In this document: positions 59,935 through 64,000 of the stretch, in pieces
How positions within the stretch are numbered: position 1 is the stretch's first letter
Layout: each line of letters starts with the position of its first letter
From: Syntrophales bacterium
GTDB taxonomy: Bacteria; Desulfobacterota; Syntrophia; Syntrophales; UBA2210
Assembly (NCBI GenBank): GCA_963666365.2
Contig: CAXXNF010000001.1
Span: 1,344,001 to 1,408,000, forward strand
Direction: 5' to 3'
Length of the DNA stretch: 64,000 bases
Notes under the pieces: model-generated
Database searches by the model: none
The model's input: only the letters and a program-made list of their open reading frames with translations
Told to the model about the DNA's origin: nothing
Made by a program: the position numbers and the translations under genes

Positions 59935-61116
59935 ATGAAAACACACGCGGTTTCAAAGACATATCAGGAAATAAACAGAAAAATAAAAGAAGGCAAGGCT
60001 GTTGTCGTTACTGCCGAAGAGATAATCGATATTGTTGAAAAAAAGGGGGAAGTCGAAGCCGCGCGCACTGTCGATGTCGTCACTACGGGCACCTTCGGCC
60101 TTATGTGTTCTTCAGGGGCCTTTCTCAACTTCGGGCATACGTCGCCAAAAATAAAGACGTCAAAAATATGGCTGAATAACGTTCCTGCCTACGGGGGAAT
60201 CGCCGCCGTCGATTGTTACATCGGTGCGACGTCGGTTGTCGAGGACGATCCTCTCAACAGCATACATCCCGGCGAATTCAATTACGGCGGAGGGCATGTC
60301 ATTGAGGATCTGGTGGCGGGAAATGTAATAAAGCTGAGAGTTGAAGGCTATGGAACCGATTGCTATCCCGCGCGAAAATTTGAAAAGAATCTTACCATCC
60401 ACGACTTGCGGGACGCGATGCTCTTCAATCCCCGAAATGCCTATCAGAACTACAATTGTGCCGTCAATATGTCGGACAGAACGATTTACACCTATCTGGG
60501 AGTGCTGCGTCCAATGATGGCCAATGCCAATTATTCCACCTCGGGGCAGCTCAGTCCGCTTATAAATGACCCCTATTTCATGACAATCGGTGCGGGAACC
60601 CGCATTTTCCTTGGGGGCGCCCAGGGATACATTGCCTGGCAGGGGACGCAGCACAGTTGGGATGTGCTGCGGGGGGCGAACGGAGTGCCGAAAGAAGGCG
60701 CCGGCACCATTGCCACAATCGGCAATCTCAAGGACATGAGTCCCCAGTGGCTTGTCGGCGCCAGTGTACTGGGATACGGAGTGTCGCTCTATGTGGGCAT
60801 CGGGGTTCCCATTCCCCTGTTGAATGAAGAAATCGTTCGCTACACTGCCGTCAAGGACGAAGACATATATGCGCAGGTCTATGACTACGGCATGGATTAT
60901 CCCAACGGACCGGCACAGAGTATCGGGGAAGTAAGCTACAAGGAATTGCGAAGCGGTTCGATTACGCTGAACGGAAAAAAAATTGACACGGCGCCCATGG
61001 CCAGTTACTATAAGGCTCGTGAAATCGCGTATATTCTGAAAGAATGGATTGCCCGGGGGGATTTTCTGTTGAGTGAACCGCATCAGCGGCTTGCCTGCGC
61101 TGAGCGACCGGAATAA
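59935..61116 (+). CDS. DUF39 homocysteine biosynthesis protein (L-aspartate semialdehyde sulfurtransferase, MA1821/MJ0100-like)
   Basis: KT..EIN.KI..GKAVVVTAEE, VDVVTTGTFG.MCSSG, YGGGHVIEDL, NPRN.YQNY, G.LSPL.NDP, GVPIP. Confidence 0.85.
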   Translation: MKTHAVSKTYQEINRKIKEGKAVVVTAEEIIDIVEKKGEVEAARTVDVVTTGTFGLMCSSGAFLNFGHTSPKIKTSKIWLNNVPAYGGIAAVDCYIGATSVVEDDPLNSIHPGEFNYGGGHVIEDLVAGNVIKLRVEGYGTDCYPARKFEKNLTIHDLRDAMLFNPRNAYQNYNCAVNMSDRTIYTYLGVLRPMMANANYSTSGQLSPLINDPYFMTIGAGTRIFLGGAQGYIAWQGTQHSWDVLRGANGVPKEGAGTIATIGNLKDMSPQWLVGASVLGYGVSLYVGIGVPIPLLNEEIVRYTAVKDEDIYAQVYDYGMDYPNGPAQSIGEVSYKELRSGSITLNGKKIDTAPMASYYKAREIAYILKEWIARGDFLLSEPHQRLACAERPE

Positions 61117-61154
61117 CCGGCGCCTGTCCCTGCGGTCCATTGCCTGGTGGGTGT

Positions 61155-61421
61155 ATGAAAATCGGCAGGGGAATTTTACTGGGATGTCTTCTCGGGGGAC
61201 TGCTGATTGTCTTCGGAGATAAGGGGCTTGTCGATTACCACGAATTGAAGGGAAGACTGGCATCCCTGCAGTCTTCAAACAGAGCGACCGTGAAGGAAAA
61301 CGGGCAGCTCAAAGAAAAGATACTGCTGTTAAGAAGTGATTTACCCTATATAGAAACCGTCGCCAGAAAAGAACTGGGCATGGTAAAAGAAGGGGAGATA
61401 GTCTACCGCTTTATCGATTAA
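61155..61421 (+). CDS. Septum formation initiator (FtsB/DivIC family)
   Basis: Single TM, FGDKG, coiled coil, YIE.VARKELGMVKEGE.VY. Confidence 0.88.
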   Translation: MKIGRGILLGCLLGGLLIVFGDKGLVDYHELKGRLASLQSSNRATVKENGQLKEKILLLRSDLPYIETVARKELGMVKEGEIVYRFID

Positions 61422-61449
61422 TTCTTTACTGACTATGTAAGGACGATGC

Positions 61450-62517
61450 ATGAAAGTGATCAGCGGTCTCTTTTCCGGAGGGAAAAACATTGTCGGGCTT
61501 GATATTGGATCGCGCGCGCTCAAGCTTGTTGAATTTGCAGACACACCGGGCGGCTATAAGCTAAAAAGCCTTGCCTGGACGCCCCTGGAAAAAGGGATTA
61601 TAGAAAAAGGTCTGCTCAACGACAGCGTCATCCTGACAAAAAAGATCAAGGAACTCTTCAAAAAGGCCAAGTGCAAGACTTCTCAGGTTGCGACGGCTCT
61701 CTCCGGCCATTCAATCGTCATCAACAAGGCAAATTTCCGGAATATGGACGAAGAGGAACTGATTCAGGTCATCAGTGACGAAGCGGGGGAGTATCTTCCC
61801 TTTGACAACATCGAAAATGTCGCCTTCGATATTCACGTGCTGGGGGCACATCCTGAAAATCCGGAGCAGATAGAGGTAATCATCGCCGCCGCTGGCAAGG
61901 AAACGGTTGCAGAGTACCGAAGCGCCATAGAGGGGGCGGGATGCCGCGTTGCAATCATGGATGCCGATTCCTTCGCGCTGGAAACGGCCTATGAAGAAAA
62001 TTATGAATTTAGCGACGAAGACATTGTGGCACTGATCAATATCGGCGCCAGCATTACCAATATCAACATCGTCAGGGGAAATCAGTCGGTGTTCACGCGA
62101 AATATCCTTATGGGGGGCAATGCGATCACCGAGATGATTCAGGCACGGACGGGCGCCTCCTTTGACGAAGCGGAAACCCTGAAAATTGAGAAACTGGGGC
62201 GGGAACTCGTCGGCGATACGGACATGCTGGACTACCTGGAGCCGATATTTGCCGAGATTGAGCGATCCATCGACTTCTTCAGCTCCTCCGTAAGTCTGGC
62301 CTTTATAAAAAAGGTGCTGATCTGTGGCGGCTGCGCCCGGCTGCCGGGTGTCGTTGACGCCCTGGCACAGCGATTGCGTTGTGAAACCGAGCTCTTTGAT
62401 CCCTTTCAGGCCGTTGAATACGATCAGAGCGTATGGAGCCCCGAATATCTCGATGAAATGAAATCGATTGCCGTGATCGGCGTTGGATTGGCACTCAGGA
62501 GAATAGAGGATCTATGA
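61450..62517 (+). CDS. pilM: Type IV pilus assembly protein PilM
   Basis: VGLDIGS..LK.VE, YLPF, INIGA, GG..IT, GGCA, GLALR. Confidence 0.93.
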   Translation: MKVISGLFSGGKNIVGLDIGSRALKLVEFADTPGGYKLKSLAWTPLEKGIIEKGLLNDSVILTKKIKELFKKAKCKTSQVATALSGHSIVINKANFRNMDEEELIQVISDEAGEYLPFDNIENVAFDIHVLGAHPENPEQIEVIIAAAGKETVAEYRSAIEGAGCRVAIMDADSFALETAYEENYEFSDEDIVALINIGASITNINIVRGNQSVFTRNILMGGNAITEMIQARTGASFDEAETLKIEKLGRELVGDTDMLDYLEPIFAEIERSIDFFSSSVSLAFIKKVLICGGCARLPGVVDALAQRLRCETELFDPFQAVEYDQSVWSPEYLDEMKSIAVIGVGLALRRIEDL

Positions 62518-63062
62518 TAAAAATCAACCTCGTTCCCTACAAGGAAGAAATGAAGAAGGCCCAGGCCATGCGCCAGATAGTGATTATAGCGGCCTCGGTG
62601 ATTCTTCTTGTACTGGCGCTTGTGTCGGTCCATGTCTTTATGACCCTGAGCGTCGGTTCGCTGGAGGCACAAGTCAAGAACGCCTCAAACGAGCTGGAAC
62701 GGCTGAAGGCAATTACGGGCAATCTTGATAAATTCAAGGAAGATAAGGCACTGGTCGAGAAAAAGCTTTCCATTATAAAAAGCCTTGAAGGAAACAGAAA
62801 AATTTCCGTCCACCTGCTGCAGGCCTTGTCGGAACAGGTTCCGGCGGGGCAGATATGGCTTACACTGTTTTCAAAAAATGATATGAGCATCACTATCGAG
62901 GGCATGGCGAAGGATAATGATGCAATCGCGCTTTTTATGAGCCGTCTTGAGGCGAGCCCCTATTTCGAGTCTATTGACCTGGTGACATCGCAGCAGGCGG
63001 TCTATGCCGAAAAAGTCGAACTCATGAAGTTTACGCTGACCTGCATGGTCGGTGCGAGGTAA
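62514..63062 (+). CDS. pilN: Type IV pilus assembly protein PilN
   Basis: MIKINLVP PilM-binding motif, TM, coiled coil, VP..IWL, I..FM..LE.S.YF. Confidence 0.92.
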   Translation: MIKINLVPYKEEMKKAQAMRQIVIIAASVILLVLALVSVHVFMTLSVGSLEAQVKNASNELERLKAITGNLDKFKEDKALVEKKLSIIKSLEGNRKISVHLLQALSEQVPAGQIWLTLFSKNDMSITIEGMAKDNDAIALFMSRLEASPYFESIDLVTSQQAVYAEKVELMKFTLTCMVGAR

Positions 63063-63065
63063 CAC

Positions 63066-63683
63066 ATGGCGATTACTGTTGATGATCTGAAGAAACTGCC
63101 CACCATGTACAAGATCCTTATCGGGGTAGGCCTGGTGGCGCTCATTCTCTATTTCTACTATTTTTACTTTTTTCAGGCGGCCCTGGAAAAGAAGACCGCC
63201 CTTGCCGAAACACTGGAAAATCTGGAACAGCAGATAGCCCAGCGGCGTGTGGTGGCCATGAAGATCGAGCAGCACAAGAAGGAGATCGCGGAACTGAACA
63301 AGAACCTTCAGATCGCTCTGGCAAAACTTCCCGAAAAAAAGGAAATTCCCGCTCTCCTCAGGTCCGTGTCGGAAGCGGGACGTACGGAAGGCCTCTCTTT
63401 TCTGCTCTTTCAACCCCTCGAACCCGCCTCGAAAGAATTTTATGCCGAGCTTCCCATAAAGATTCACCTGCAGGGAGGATATCATGACCTGACGGCCTTT
63501 TTCCTGAGAGTGGCCGAACTGCCCCGTATTATCAATGTTGCTGATGCAATAATTCGAAGGGTTGTGACCGAAGAAGAGACAGAGGGGAACCCTCTGAAAA
63601 CAGAGTGTCTGATGAAAACCTACATGTTTTTGGAAAAAGCCGATGAAAAACCGACACAAGCGCCCGCACCGCAGGCCAAATAG
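63066..63683 (+). CDS. pilO: Type IV pilus assembly protein PilO
   Basis: TM, coiled coil, LPEKKEIP.LL, FYAELPI, G.YHDL..F, LPRIINV. Confidence 0.92.
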   Translation: MAITVDDLKKLPTMYKILIGVGLVALILYFYYFYFFQAALEKKTALAETLENLEQQIAQRRVVAMKIEQHKKEIAELNKNLQIALAKLPEKKEIPALLRSVSEAGRTEGLSFLLFQPLEPASKEFYAELPIKIHLQGGYHDLTAFFLRVAELPRIINVADAIIRRVVTEEETEGNPLKTECLMKTYMFLEKADEKPTQAPAPQAK

Positions 63684-64000
63684 CCTTTTCTTGTGCCCCC
63701 TGCTGCTGGCAGGCGCATTGACGATGATGCCGCCGGCAATGTCGGCCTCTGCGCAGGCCGAAGCGGAGGCGGTCGCCAAAGCGGAAAAGCCGGCGATATC
63801 CGATGTCCGGGGGTTTGATCCCTTCCTCCCTTTCATCAAAATCGTGACGGAAAAGCCGAAAACGGCCGCGAAAAAGGATAAACTTTCTGCAGACGCTGCC
63901 AAAGAACCGGTCTTTGTGTCCCCCCTCGAGCGGTACGATGTCAAGGAGTTCCGTCTTCGAGGGATTGCGGGCAGCGGTTCCCGGAACATTGCTGTCGTCG
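63643..64000 (+). CDS. pilP: Type IV pilus assembly protein PilP (3' end outside window; not in ORF track)
   Basis: Open frame from ATG 63643 to the window end: MKNRHK...AQA...RGFDPFLPFI...SPLERYDVKEFRLRGI; the DPF and PLE.Y....L.GI motifs are typical of PilP. Confidence 0.85.
   Translation, partial: MKNRHKRPHRRPNSLFLCPLLLAGALTMMPPAMSASAQAEAEAVAKAEKPAISDVRGFDPFLPFIKIVTEKPKTAAKKDKLSADAAKEPVFVSPLERYDVKEFRLRGIAGSGSRNIAVV

Noticed and set aside
60160..61278. 372-aa minus-strand ORF
   Set aside because: Antisense to the DUF39 and ftsB-like genes; no domain signal.
62871..63989. 372-aa minus-strand ORF
   Set aside because: Antisense to pilN/pilO/pilP, which carry clear family motifs.

Overview
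A gene-dense bacterial chromosomal segment. Gene content and order point to an anaerobic deltaproteobacterium (Desulfobacterota, plausibly Syntrophales-like); that placement is inference. The left ~37 kb is accessory metabolism: a 4Fe-4S protein/CooC-like ATPase pair, an iron-sulfur flavoprotein, two back-to-back HAAT (Liv-type) ABC transporters followed by a tandem-domain TetR regulator and an acyl-CoA ligase, a small AT-rich patch (TMEM175 channel, an unannotated 33-aa Lys-rich ORF, a C_GCAxxG_C_C protein, a truncated LOG-like remnant), a GAF-gap-DUF362 operon, a four-gene 2-hydroxyacyl-CoA dehydratase/class I benzoyl-CoA reductase-like module with two activases beside an amidase, amidohydrolase, Fe-S protein and SDR, then dnaJ with a cbpM/hspR-like gene and a PAS-PAS-GGDEF cyclase. 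The right ~27 kb is mostly core genome: def, a HemN-like radical SAM protein that looks like a menaquinone methyltransferase (MenK/MqnK), selA, rluD, pgeF, rho, rpmE, prfA, murA, hisD, tRNA-Gly(CCC), rimP-nusA-infB-DUF503-rbfA-DHH-truB-rpsO-pnp-dut, a DUF39 homocysteine-biosynthesis protein, ftsB-like and pilMNOP (pilP cut by the window edge). I saw no CRISPR array, transposase, integrase or phage gene. The best candidate for an undescribed system is the reductase/dehydratase-like module with its amide-hydrolysing neighbours (23.5-32.8 kb). All calls come from reading motifs by eye; no database searches were run.
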